NCBI GenBank assembly: GCA_002189035.1
Contig: NEEC01000009.1
Location: 558,001 to 622,000, forward strand
DNA from: Utricularia gibba
Lineage: Eukaryota; Plantae; Magnoliophyta
Direction: 5' to 3'
Length of the DNA stretch: 64,000 bases
Every line of letters begins with the position of its first letter. Within the stretch, counting starts at the first letter, position 1. Below, in pieces: positions 43,643-56,350 of this stretch. The notes under the pieces are model-generated. The model was not told the DNA's origin. It saw only the letters and a list, made by a program, of their open reading frames with translations, and ran no database searches. The position numbers and the translations under genes were made by a program.

Positions 43643-45100
43643 ATTGGCAAGACAAAACAAATCAAGAAAGAGAGAATTGAAAATCTGAGCTCTCTACAGA
43701 TGGCTTTTTCAAAGAGAAGAAAGAGAAGGGCTTATCAAGAGCTCCCACAATTTTCTCCTCCTCTGAAAGGCTCTTTGAGTTCTTCAGCTCCAGGTTCTCT
43801 ACTCTTGTTTCATCTTTAAACAATTGTGTTTATGAGTAATCTGATTTCATTCAGATCCCTGCGAGAGGAGAAGAAAAAAAAGGGTTTTGTAGTAAGAAGC
43901 TTTCTTTGTTGTTTCTCCTTTCCCCCCTTTTGTTCTGTACGGACGGTACGGACAGGCATGTACTGTTTGCAAACAAAGAAATCAAAATACAAAATGGCGT
44001 TGCTATTTCAAGGTGGAAGTTTGAATTTCTTTTATGCAGTGGGTGCATGCATCATTAACCGTTAATTCCTCTGTAGTTAAGTTAATGCTGACAATTAAGG
44101 TTGAATTGCTTATATTAGAAGATAATAAATCTGTTGTGGCATGATTAGGCCCCCGTAACTCTAAGGAAAATAGCTAATGCTCTCGAGATGTGTGATTTGA
44201 TTCTTAGGCATTTCTTATTGCTGATAACCGAAGTTAATTCCACATGAGGTTTTCTGCTTGTGTTTTGAGAGTTTTATGCTGACAAACACGGAGTAAATTC
44301 AATGCATTTTTTAACATCATGAAGCATGAATGGCATACTTCAGAGGCATGATTTTGCAGTTTCAGGAGCCCGGAGAAGTTGGAGTGACCATGGCGTGATG
44401 TTGAGGTAATAGTGAACGACACCCTAAGGTTTGCCATCCGTTACTTGAAAAAAAGAACAATACGGACATGGTGATATTCATATTGTTAGAAAGCATATCT
44501 CAGGTCCAAGGAGGTAGATTAGTGATTGTCTTGTCATTTTTGTTATGAATTTGAATTTCATACGCATCTTTTCGATCCATCGGATCATGAGGCTGCAACT
44601 TTCTTGAACAGTTGAATGAGTGGCCTAGAAGATGGGCCTCTGAGGTGCCCGTAGTTACACTTGATAATGGTGAACTGGATGAGAAGGTCAGGACACTTGG
44701 ATCTCTTGTCTTCTTAAGACTACTGGTTCTATCATGCTTTATTTGAGTTCCCAACTAGTGAACCCCCCCCCCCCCCCTCTCTCTTGTTCATGAAAAACAA
44801 GTACCCGGTTCATCATGTGAGTGTATGCTTTCACCCTTGAATGTGAACATGAGCCATGGGACAAAATTCAAAATCAGTGTGATCTACATGCTCAGTGATG
44901 TCTTTGTGTTTTTGCTGATTACGTCATAAGAACATGGAAGATGTTTATGTAATCAGGGGTTTTGTTTTCTTTCACCGTGTTTAGGTGGTGGAGACGTCAG
45001 TCGGGAGCCAGAAAAGCGCGAATACAAGCTGCAAGATCATATCAGCGATGGATTCCGGTCACCGGTATCCGCCAGCGGCGCCGCGATTGCCTAAATGGGG
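43643..45100 (+). pseudogene. SVP-like MADS-box pseudogene 1 (psi-0)
   Basis: Start codon lost; MADS exon (IENLSSLQMAFSKRRK) with deletions; exon 2 remnant with a stop at ~44330-44406; exon 3 remnant ~44590-44644; exon 7 remnant VVETSVGSQKSANTS at 44983-45100, homologous to B2 exon 7 [14 protein letters not shown]. Confidence 0.85.
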
Positions 45101-45658
45101 ACTTTCAAAACACTTTCAGTTCAATCTTTCCCAAGCAAAATCATTAACCGAAATCTCAAACTTACAAGAAACGATCATCCATGAAGATGAAACGGTTTAC
45201 AGTGATCATGATCTTGTTATTTTACAAGATGATTGTTACTATTATTCCAACGGTTGTTTGATCTCGTGCTTCCTTTTTTTTTTCTTCTTTTTGTAACGTA
45301 AGACATTCCACTGAACTAGGAAGATCTTTGTCCAAAGGGGTGTAAAGGCGATCGAACATGTCCGTACAAAAGATCCGATGAAAAACAACATGTATTAATT
45401 TAATGATAATTTAGATAGGCATTCGTGGTTTGTGGAGGTAGAGGCGGATTCTGTGGACGTGAGACCGATGGACAGACAGCTTGCCTGGGGCCTGGGCCTC
45501 TGACAAAATTCATGACTGGATTTCTTTCTTCTCTTCTCATCTCTTCCATTTCTACCTCCACGGAAAGATTCCCTGAGCACTATTTTTAGAAAGCCCTTTG
45601 CTTTTCAAAGGTCAATTCGCAACTTCCCTTGTGTTGATCGAGCTCTGCACTACCGAAA

Positions 45659-47460
45659 ATGGCACGAGAAAGGATCAAGATCAAGAGGATCGAAAACCTG
45701 AGCGCCCGACAAGTGACTTTTTCCAAGAGAAGAAAAGGGCTCATCAAGAAGGCCAAAGAGCTCTCAGTTCTCTGCGACGCCGAAGTTGCTCTCATAGTCT
45801 TCTCCTCCACTGGGAAGCTCTTCGAGTTCTCTAGCTCCAGGTGGGTTCATTTGTTTTTCCAACACTAAGTGTGTGCTGTTTTTTTATCTTCATTTTTTAG
45901 AAATTATAGCATCAGATCCTTGGTATAATTAGGGTTCGTCATCTGGAGACCTCTCCTTCTTACATTACCTTGTTTTTCTCAAAGAATATCCCGAGATCTA
46001 GGAATCTGGTTGATGCCCAGCGAGTTCTAAGCACCCATCTGCAAATAGCCATCCATCTACTTAGAAAACAACATTTCTAGCAATCGTAACTGGTAGAAAC
46101 TAGGGGTGTAGAGAAACAAGGTATTGTTTTCAAGCGTAGCAACAGGAATGAAACATAAGTTGTGTTGTAAATCTTGCATCGACTTTCTGCACGTTTGTTT
46201 CAAGTCAAATTGTCAAGTGAACTTTAGAGCTGAAGATTCAACATCTGTGGTAAGGGTGTAACCAAACTCATGGTGCTTCTCTCTGTTGAATCTTAGATAC
46301 TCCATTGCTATTTTGATCTGTGTTCTATTACCATGTACGGCTTTGTTATTACGCATTGTCTGTTGGAATGAGATGAAGCTCAAGTCCACTCTCTTGTTAA
46401 TGTTGTGAAGCATGGATGGTATACTGGAAAGGTATAACTTGCAGTCGAAAAGCCACGAGCTGCAGGCACTTCCGTCTCTCGACCTTCAGGTTTGAAAACT
46501 ACGATTCAGTAGCATTGCAATGTGAGTGGCATACATTTTACACTAGCTACTGATGATCTTGTGGTGATGGCAGCTTGTCATGAGCAGCGATTTCCCCACA
46601 TTAAGCAAACAAGTGGCTGAGAAGACCCGCCTGCTGAGGTAGTGTGCTCGACTTCGCAAACCCTTCTAATTTCTCATGTTGACAACATGGCTATGTCGAC
46701 ACAAGGCGGATGAGAGGGGAGGATCTCCTGGAAATGAGCATACAGGAGTTGCAATCTTTGGAGAAGTCACTAGGAGAAGGATTGGATCGCGTTATCGCAA
46801 AAAAGGTCTGTGCAGCAAATCCATGAATGAAGCTCTTGGGAGAATCAAGGTTGTCTCTTCTGATCCTGGTGTTTTGGCTTTTGACAGAATGAGAGGATTG
46901 AGAAAGAGACAAGTGAGTTACAAGAGAAGGTTAGCACCCTTGATCCCTTTGTTTAAGCAAGACAAGCACTCAATACAAGCTTAAAAAAAGTTTCCCAGAA
47001 TTAGATCTACCTGGTTCATGGCTCACTTTCCATCCCTATGTGCAGATAATCCAGCTTGCAAGAGAGAATGATTTGCTAAGGCAAGAGGTATGCACATCTT
47101 TTGGTTCAAGACAACATCTGTCCACAGGGCATCAACTAACCAGATACGTTAACACCACAGTGCCATTCACTTTTTTCCCCTTTCTTGTCCACAACATTCC
47201 TGTTCAGATGGAGGACATGTCGACCAGTAGCCTGAAAATGGGGACTACATGTTCCGAAACCATAGCTTACGACGAAGTCCCGACGTCGTCCTCGTTTTCC
47301 AAGAGTTCCTCAGACACCTCCCTTACACTAGGGTGACTGATTCCTTCACTCCGTGAAGAAAAGAATCCAAGCCCTCCTCTTCTGACCTCGCTGCTGCTCC
47401 TTCTTTGGTTGCAGGTTGGGTTTAGATGAGACCAGCCGGGCTAGTGGCGGCTCACGCTGA
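45659..47460 (+). CDS. SVP/StMADS11-clade MIKC MADS-box gene A1, 8 exons, intact
   Basis: [40 protein letters not shown]; K-box [20 protein letters not shown]; C-terminal [24 protein letters not shown]; all introns GT-AG and in frame. Confidence 0.93.
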
Positions 47461-49072
47461 TGGATCCGTACCCTGCAGCTGACTCCTTGCTCATGTTGTG
47501 CCCTTTTCTTACATTGGAACTTCCATGTTTGCTGCTTCTAATCAGTGGCTTGCCGTTCCACCTTTAAAATTTAGTGCGTGATTTCCGTTGTGAAAATTAA
47601 AAGCTAATGATATATTTTATTTAAATTATTTATATTTAGATAAATACGTATTATACATTAAAATCATACTTAATACATAGATTTTATAAATATGTGTTTA
47701 AAGTGAATAAAAAAACTAAATCTTGTATGACTACAAAAATTCATGCCGCATTGGAGGTTTGAAAATATGGTTGAATAGGTTACGTAAATATTTCAGAAAT
47801 TATGTGTATTCTTCCATAAATAACAAAAAAAATAGAATAGGAAATATGAAAAATTTCATTTCTGAAATTATATCATTATTAATACATGTGTATTTTTAAA
47901 AATAAACGCATATCAAATATAATCTGTGTTGTATAGACTTAGGGTATCCACATTATGCATGGTCCTCTTTTTTCATTTTTTATTTTTTCTTATTCCACAC
48001 AATAAATTTGCATTGTTGTAGGAATATTAATATTTTTTTTAAAATAGTTTTGCTTTTATACAAATATTTTATATTATCAAATACAAATAATTTTTACTAT
48101 AAATTAAATTGATAAGCAATTCTTATTTTTTTAATAAAATAATAATATTAATTTACATTTTATTATATATACTTAAAAAAATTACATTTTTTTGAGAAAC
48201 AGAATCAAATGGATACGATGAGAATTTGGAGTTCCTATGCTACCAAATGTTTTTGTTCCTTTGGGTTGAATTTATGATTTTAAAACCATGGCTTAGTATT
48301 CAGTTTTTTTTTTAATATTATTGACCAATTGATTATGAAGAGTTAAGTCAATATAGGAGCATTGTTATCTAAAATTTCTTTGTATGATATTGTTATTTTT
48401 GAATGTACAATTCTCATAATTTTACGTTATCTTCTTCTAAAAAAAAAAAAGAGCTCATACAAAATCAAAAAATATATTTTTGTATAAATTGTCTCTCTAT
48501 GTATTAGTAAACAATATGATATTCGACTAAATCATTATATAATTACTTGGACTCATTAGCAATTCTTGACCATATTTATTGACCAATTTATTAAAAGAAA
48601 CTCAAAATGTACTTTTCTGTCAAATTTAAAATGAAAGTTTAAATTTCATAATAAAATTCGAAAAATGGTGACAGGGGCCCAAAGGCAGCCAAATCATTTA
48701 GTGGGAATGACACGGTGGGTGGGGGTGTCATTTGGATTTTTTTGAAAAATACTCACTATGTGTGTGTTAAAAATATCCATCCTGTGTTCAAATTTTTGTA
48801 CGTGGTGTGTGAGAGATAAATCCTTTAATACCATTGATTGCTTATACCATTGATTGCTTGCTTTGCTTGCTCATGGCGTTTGTCAGGTGAATTTTTTTTT
48901 GATTCTCGCGTGTTCTCTCTCCGGCGGCTCCTATTTTTAGAAACCCACATGGCATCCCCCCTTCCCCCTCAACCCCGGTAGGGCGGTACCTTGCACTTGG
49001 TGGACCTGCTTCTCTCTTCGGCCCTCAATCTTCATCTGCTCTCAATAATAGCTTCTTGTCCGAGAGCCAAAA

Positions 49073-50126
49073 ATGGCGAGGGAGAAGATCAAGATCAGGC
49101 GAATCGATAACTTGAGCGCCCGCCAAGTAACTTTTTCCAAGAGGAGAAAAGGGCTCATCAAGAAAGCCAAGGAGCTTTCGATTCTCTGCGATGCTGATGT
49201 TGGTCTCATCATCTTCTCCTCTACTGGGAAGCTCTCCGAATACTCCAGCTCCAGGTTCCGTACCTCTGTTATCTATTTATTTATTGGTTCTGCCTCAGGC
49301 CCTCAAGGTCTTCTGTTTCTGTCAAAGAAGTTGGACATCGGATCCTTGGGAGAAAAAAGGGTCCTTCTGATGTTTTTGTATCGTGATCTGGAGATATTTC
49401 ATTGTTTTGGCCCTCGATCTTTAGAGATCTGAGAGAGCTGTCCATGTTCCTTAAGTTCCGTACAACTCGGAAACTAAAGACCAAATGGATAAAGAAGGAA
49501 TATACCTTTTTAGTTGCTGCCTGTGCCTGTGGGCTTGTTGCTTTTTTGGTAATTAAAAAAATCATATCTTGATCTGTTCTCTCTAAAATGGTTTTCTTGG
49601 AGCAGTTGAGAGTAAGCACAGTTGAGGCTCTTGATTGGCCTTCTGTAAAACTTTTGTTGTGTTTCAACAAGCTGATAGAACATCTTCTATTGCACTGTTT
49701 TCTTTTTCTCAATCCCTACTTTTCTTCCAATCGCGTTGTTAATGTGACTCTACAATGGCACCACTGCTAATTTGGACTCCTTTGTTGAAATCATGAAGCA
49801 TGGATGATCTTCTTCAAGGGTACAAATTCCTGAAAATCTGTTGCAGCCATGGCTTGATCTTGAGGTAAGCAAGCACCATCTGGCATTCTCTTCTTATTGG
49901 GATTGTGATACGAAGCTGTCACTGAGATTCATATCCTATCCTTCTTGAATCTTCTTGAACGTGCAACAATGGCGGTGGCAGCTCGTTGTGGGCAGCGACT
50001 TCCCCACATTAAGCAAAGAAGTGGCTGGGGAGCCAGAAAAGCGCGACTACAAGCTGCAAGATCATATCCCGGGATGAATTCCGGTCATCGGAATCCACCA
50101 GCGACGCCGCGATTGCCCAACTGGGG
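49073..50126 (+). pseudogene. Truncated chimeric SVP-like locus B1 (MADS intact; exon 2 frameshift; exon 3 fused to psi-0 exon 7)
   Basis: Exon 1 49073-49254 intact. Exon 2 (49799-49864) is 66 nt versus 79 nt in B2. Shifted frame stops at 50010-50012 (92 aa). Junction at 50027/50028. Confidence 0.85.
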
Positions 50127-50671
50127 ACTTTCAAACCACTTTCAGTTCAATTTTTTCCCAAGCAAAATCATTAACCGAAACCTCTAAAACTTACAAGAAG
50201 CGATCATCCTTGAAGATGAAGCTGTTTACAGCGATCAAGATCTTGTTCTTTTACAAGATTACTCTTATTCTAACGATGGTTTGATCTTGTGCTTCCTTTT
50301 TTTTTCTTTTTGTAATGAAAGACATTCCACTGAACTAGGAAGATCTTGGTCCAAAGGGTGTAAAGGCGATCGAACATGTCCGTACAAAAAGATCCGATGA
50401 AAAAACATATATTAATTTGGTAACTTAGATAGGGATTCGTGGTTTGTGGAGAGGCGAATTCTATGGACGTGAGACCGATCCGATGGACAGACAGCTTGCC
50501 TGGGGCCTGGGCCACTGACAAAATTCATGACTGGATTTCTTCTCCTTCTCATCTCTTCTATTTCTATCTCCACGGAAAGATTCGCTGAGCACTATTTTTA
50601 GAAAGCCCTTTGCTTTTCAGAGGTCAATTCTCAACTTCCCTTGTGTTGATCGAGCTCTGCACTACCCAAAA

Positions 50672-52488
50672 ATGGCACGAGAAAGAATCAAGATCAAGAG
50701 GATCGAAAATCTGAGCGCCCGACAAGTGACTTTTTCCAAGAGGAGAAAAGGGCTCATCAAGAAGGCCAAGGAGCTCTCAGTTCTCTGCGACGCCCAAGTT
50801 GCTCTCATAGTCTTCTCCTCCACTGGGAAGCTCTTCGAGTTCTCTAGCTCCAGGTGGGTTCATTTGTTTTTCCAACACTAAGTGTGTGCTGTTTTTTTAT
50901 CTTCATTTTTGAGAAATTATAGCATCAGATCCTTGGTATAATTAGGGTTCGTCATCTGAAGACCTCTCCTTCTTACATTACCTTGTTTTTCTCAAAGAAT
51001 ATCCCCGAGATCTAGGAATCTGGTTGATGCCCAGTGAGTTCTAAGCACCCACCTGCAAATAGGCATCCATCTACTTAGAAAACAAGATTTCTAGCAATCG
51101 TCACTGTTAGAAACTAGGGGTGTAGAGAAATATGGTGCTGTTTTCAAACGCAGCGACTGGAATGAAACGTAAGTTGTGTTGTAAATCTGGCATCGACTTT
51201 CTGCTCGTTTGTTTCAAGTCAAATTGTCAAGTGAACTTTAGAGCTGAAGATTCAACATCTGTGGTAAGTGTCTAATCAAACCCATGGTGCTTCTCTGTGT
51301 TGCATCTTAGATACTCCATTGCTATTGTGATCTGTGTTCTATTACCGTGTACGGCTTTGTTATTACGTATTCTCTGTTGGAATGAGATGAAGCTGAAATC
51401 AATTCTCCTGTTAATGTTGTGAAGCATGGATGGTATACTGGAAAGGTATAACTTGCAGTCGAAAAGCCAAGAGCTGCAGGCACTTCCGTCTCTCGACCTT
51501 CAGGTCTGAAAGCTACGATTCAGTAGCATTGCAATGTGAGTGTCATACATTTCGAACTAGCTACTGATGATCTTGTGGTGATGGCAGCTTGTTATGAGCA
51601 GCGATTTCCCCACATTAAGCAAACAAGTGGCTGAGAAGACCCGCCTACTTAGGTATCGTGCTCTCGTTTGATTTCTCAAACCCTTCTACTTCTCATGTTG
51701 ACAACATGGCTATGTCAACACAAGGCGGATGAGAGGGGAGGATCTCCTGGAAATGGGCATACAGGAGTTGCAGTCTTTGGAGAAGTCGCTAGGAGAAGGA
51801 TTGGATCGCGTTACCGCAAAAAAGGTCTGTGCAGCAAATCCATGAATGAAGCTCTAAGAGAATCATGGTTGTCTCTTCTGATCCTGGTATTTTGGCTTTT
51901 GACAGAATAAGAGGATTGAGAAAGAGACAAGTGAGTTACAAGAGAAGGTTAGGACCCTTGATCCCTTTGTTTAAGCACAAAAAAAGGTTCCCAGAATTCT
52001 ACCTGGTTCATGTCTCCCTTTCCATCCCTATGTGCAGATAATCCAGGTCGCGAGAGAGAATGATTTGCTAAGGCAAGAGGTATATACATGGTGCCATAAT
52101 AATGCTTATTCTGGGATCTTTTGGTTCAAGAAAAAATCTGTCACACAGGGCATCAGCTAACCAGATACATGAACACCACCGTGCCATTCACTTTTTTCCC
52201 CTTTCTTGCACACAACATTCCTGTTCAGATGGAGGACATGTCGACCAGCAGCCTGAAAATGGGGACTACATGTTCCGAAACCATAGCTTACGACGAAGTC
52301 CCGACGTCGTCCTCGTTTTCCAAGAGTTCCTCGGACACCTCCCTTACACTGGCGTGACTGATTCCTTCATCCTTCACTCCGTGAAGAAAAGAATCCAAGC
52401 CCTCCAATTCTGACCTCGCTGCTGCTCCGTATTTGGTTGCAGGTTGGATTTAGACGAGACCAGCCGGGCTAGTGGCGGCTCACGCTGA
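50672..52488 (+). CDS. SVP-like MADS-box gene A2, 8 exons, intact
   Basis: Paralog of A1; ends [24 protein letters not shown]. Confidence 0.93.
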
Positions 52489-53887
52489 TGGATGCGTAGC
52501 CGGGAGCCATTCTGGAGCTGTCTCCTTGCTCATGTTGTGCCCTTCTGTTACCTTGGAACATCCATCTTTGATGCTTCTAATCAGTGTCTTGCCGTTCCAC
52601 CTTTAAAATTTAGTGGGTGATTTCCGTTGTGAAGTATGTGAAAATTAAAAGCTAATGATATATTTTATTTAACTTATTTATATTTAGAAAAATACGTATT
52701 ATACGTTAAAATTATATTTAGTACATAGATTTTATAAATATATCTTATGAATTGATAGATGTGTTTAAAATAAATAAAAAAAACTAAAAAAAAATTCGAG
52801 ATTTGAAATTATGGTTGAATAGGTTATGTATTTCAAAAATTATGCGTCTTCTTCCATAATAACAAAACAAATAGAATAAGAATTTTGAAAAATATCATTT
52901 CTGAAATTATATAACTATTAATACATGTATATTTGTAAAAATAAACGCATCTATCAAATATAATCTGTGTTGTGTAGACTTAGGGTATCCACATTATGCA
53001 TGGTCCTCTTCTTTCGTTTTTTATTTTTTCTTATTCCACATAATCAATTTGCATTGTTGTAGGAATATTAATATATTTTTTAAAATATTTTTGCTTTTAT
53101 AAAAATTAAAACACAAATAATATTTATTATAAAATTAAATTTATAAGCTATTCTTATTTTAATAAAATGCGAATATATAATTTACATTTTATTATATATA
53201 TTTATAAAAAAATACATTTTTCGTGAAACAGAATCATATGGATATGATGAGAATTTAGAGTATGTATGCTACCAAATGTTTTTATTCCTTTGGGTTGAAT
53301 TTATGATTTCAAAACCATGGCTTAGTATTCAATTTTCTTTATTTACCAATTGATTACCAAGAGTTAAGTCGATATGGGAACATTGTGGTACATTTCACAC
53401 ATTGTGGCGCTCGTTAGCAATTATTCCACACCATTTCTTGACCATATTTATTGACCCATTTATTAAAAAAAAACTCAAAAATGGACTTTTGTACTCCATC
53501 CATATATACACACATATATATATGTATATATTTTTAATTTGTAGTAATTTAAAATGGAAGTTTAAATTTCATAATAGAATTCGAAAAATGGTGACAGGGG
53601 CCCAAAGGCAACCGAATCGTTTAGTGGTAATGACACGGTGGGGGTGTCTTTTTTATACCATTGATTGCTTGCTTTGCTTGTTCATGGCGTCTGTCTGTCA
53701 GGGTGAATTGTCTTTTGATTCTCGCGTGTTCTCTCTCCGGCGGCTCCTATTTTTAGAAACCCACATGGCATCCCACCTTCCCCCTCAACCCCGGTAGGGC
53801 GGTACCTTTCACTTGGTGGACCTGCTTCTCCCTTCGGCCCTCATCTCCATCTGCTCTCAATAATAGCTTCTTGTCCGAGAGCCAAAA

Positions 53888-55776
53888 ATGGCGAGGGAGA
53901 AGATCAAGATCAGGCGAATCGATAACTTGAGCGCCCGCCAAGTAACTTTTTCCAAGAGAAGAAAAGGGCTCATCAAGAAAGCCAAGGAGCTTTCGATTCT
54001 CTGCGATGCTGATGTTGGTCTCATCATCTTCTCCTCTACTGGGAAGCTCTCCGAATACTCCAGCACCAGGTTCCGTACCTCTGTTATCTATTTATTTAGA
54101 GGTTCTGCCTCAAGTCTTCTGTTTCTGTCAAAGAAGTTGGACATCGGATCCTTGGGAGAAAAAAGGGTCCTTCTGATGTTTTTGTATCGTGATCTGGAGA
54201 TATTTCATTGTTTTGGCCCTCGATCTTTAGAGATCTGAGAGAGCTGTCCATGTTCCTTAAGATCCGTACAACTCGGAATCTAAAGACCAGATAGATAAGG
54301 AAGGAATATACCTTTTTAGTTGCCGTCTGTGCCTGTGGGTTTGTTGCTTTTTTGGTAATTAAAAAAATCATATCTTGATCTGTTCTCTCTAAAATGGTTT
54401 TCTTGAAGCACTTGAGAGTAAGCACAGTTGCGGCTCTTGATTGGCCTTCTGTAAAACTCTTGTTGTGTTTCAACAAGCTGATGGAACATCTTCTGTAAAA
54501 CTCAATCCCTACTTTTCTTCCAATCGTGTTGTTGGTGTGACTCTACAATGGAAAAGATGATGAAGATGCAAACTCCCTTCTCATCCCACCACTTCTAATT
54601 TGGACTATTTTGTTGAAATCATGAAGCATGGATGATCTTCTTCAAAGGTACAACTTGCAGACCAAGAGTCCCGAAAATCTGTTGCAGCCATGGCTTGATC
54701 TTGAGGTAAGCAAGCCCCATCTGGCATTCTCTTCTTCTTGGGATTGTGATACGAAACTGTCACTAAGATTCATATCCTATCCTTCTTGAATGGGCAACAA
54801 TGGCGGCGGCAGCTCGTTGTGGGCAGCGACTTCCCCACATTAAGCAAAGAAGTGGCTGAGAAAACACATCAACTCAGGTCCTACACCCAAATTCTGCTAG
54901 TTAGTTATTTACCTCATAATTTCATTAAAGATGAGATTTTGACACACGAATGAAATGTAAAGACGACTGAGAGGGGAGAATCTCCAAGGACTTAGCATAG
55001 AAGAGCTGCAGGCGATGGAGAAGACTCTCGGGATCGGATTGGACCGTGTTATAGCGAAGAAGGTATGCTCATCTCACAAACATCGATGAAACCCCTAACA
55101 GAAAAACCAGTTCTTTTGTTATTCAAATTAACACGCCTATTGCTATTCATAGACTGAGAAGATCAAGAAGGAGACCGATGAACTTCAGAAGAAGGTCACG
55201 ATGAAGAGACTAAGCATCTTCGTTTTTAGCATTTTCTTTTCATTTCATGTCTAGTGAAAGAAAGAAAAGAGGGCCCTTTACCAGCACTAGGGAGACATGT
55301 ATGTCTAGGGTTACCCCAGAGCCGTGTGTGCGGTGCGGAAGCGTGTGTTATTCTCTTGAGTTTTACGTGCTTCACTTCTCATTCCATAAATCCTGAGTAT
55401 GTTGCAGGTACTCCGACTCACCGAAGAGAATGATCAACTGAGACGCGAGGTTCGTTTGGACAAGTTTACCAGCCTGTGTGATCTCCTGCTAAGACAACGT
55501 TGTTGTGTTAGGTGTTGGACTCCAAGGGTAGCCAGAAAACGGCTGATGCAAGTTCTGAAACCATGATGTACGACAAAGCCCCCTCCTCGGAATCTCCAAG
55601 CAGTTCCACTCAGCACCTTCAAGATTCCAAGAGCTCATCCGACACCTCTCTTACACTAGGGTGAGCGTTTATTTTTTCTGCTTTTTTTTTTTTTGGAAGA
55701 ACACAGATCTCCTAGGGGTTGTTGACAAATTCGTCTTCCTTCTTCTTCCCCGCAAGATAGGCTGCATTTCGTTTGA
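53888..55776 (+). CDS. SVP-like MADS-box gene B2, 8 exons, intact
   Basis: [26 protein letters not shown]; [29 protein letters not shown]; ends [14 protein letters not shown]. Confidence 0.92.
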
Positions 55777-56185
55777 AACTTCAAACCAAAGGATCTACCT
55801 GGTCGTGTGACAGAAATTGTAAAAGCAACGTTTGTGTTCAATCTCATGTTCCCCCCTGGATGTAGCCAGTTATCATCAGCAATGGTGGCCTCCGTGCTTG
55901 AAAATGTTCATGTCTGCAAAGTCGCTACTTGTGAATTGGGTGAATTGTAGTTGCATTGGAAGTGAATGGTGGTGGAGAGTGTAACTTTTGTAATGACAAC
56001 AACCCTTTCTCAAACTTCACATCCCAACACTGCTAAAACTTCGAAGGATATTCTGCTGAACAGATCTAAATTGTTTCAGAGAAAAAAAGGCAACATTTCA
56101 AAATCGGGCTACTTGTGATTCATATTGGTGGTAGCTGAGAAGAAGAAGAAACACGGTATGGGGGTGGTCCCGGCCTGGTGCTCGG

Positions 56186-56190
<5 letters not shown>

Positions 56191-56217
<27 letters not shown>
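56191..56217. repeat. (CT)13 microsatellite immediately upstream of the psi-C CArG-like site
   Basis: Direct reading. Confidence 0.95.
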
Positions 56218-56218
<1 letters not shown>

Positions 56219-56350
56219 CGGAACTGGCCCTATTTTCTAGAAACCCCTTTTAGCTTCTTTCAAGGAACCCCACTTCACAACCTAACGTGACTTCCTGGCT
56301 CAGTCATTTCAAACCTTCTCGTCCGAATCCACGGCCGCCGGTGAACAAAC

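Larger units (their letters stand above)
45003..54858 (+). repeat. Tandem segmental duplication: unit 1 45003-50027, unit 2 50028-54858
   Basis: Collinear high identity of coding, intronic and intergenic sequence across both units, with many substitutions and small indels. Confidence 0.93.

Noticed and set aside
44763-44777. C15 run (and C12 at 40003-40014) as G-quadruplex elements
   Set aside because: Simple homopolymers of unreliable length in this assembly, with no supporting context.
44985-45296. 103-aa ORF (and its copy 49945-50187) as a novel gene
   Set aside because: It is the decayed exon 7 of the SVP pseudogene read on into flanking DNA.
45003-54858. The 5-kb duplication as an assembly artefact or uncollapsed haplotype
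   Set aside because: Units differ by many substitutions and indels throughout, and the junction is a specific exon 3/exon 7 fusion. Read-level confirmation is still advisable.
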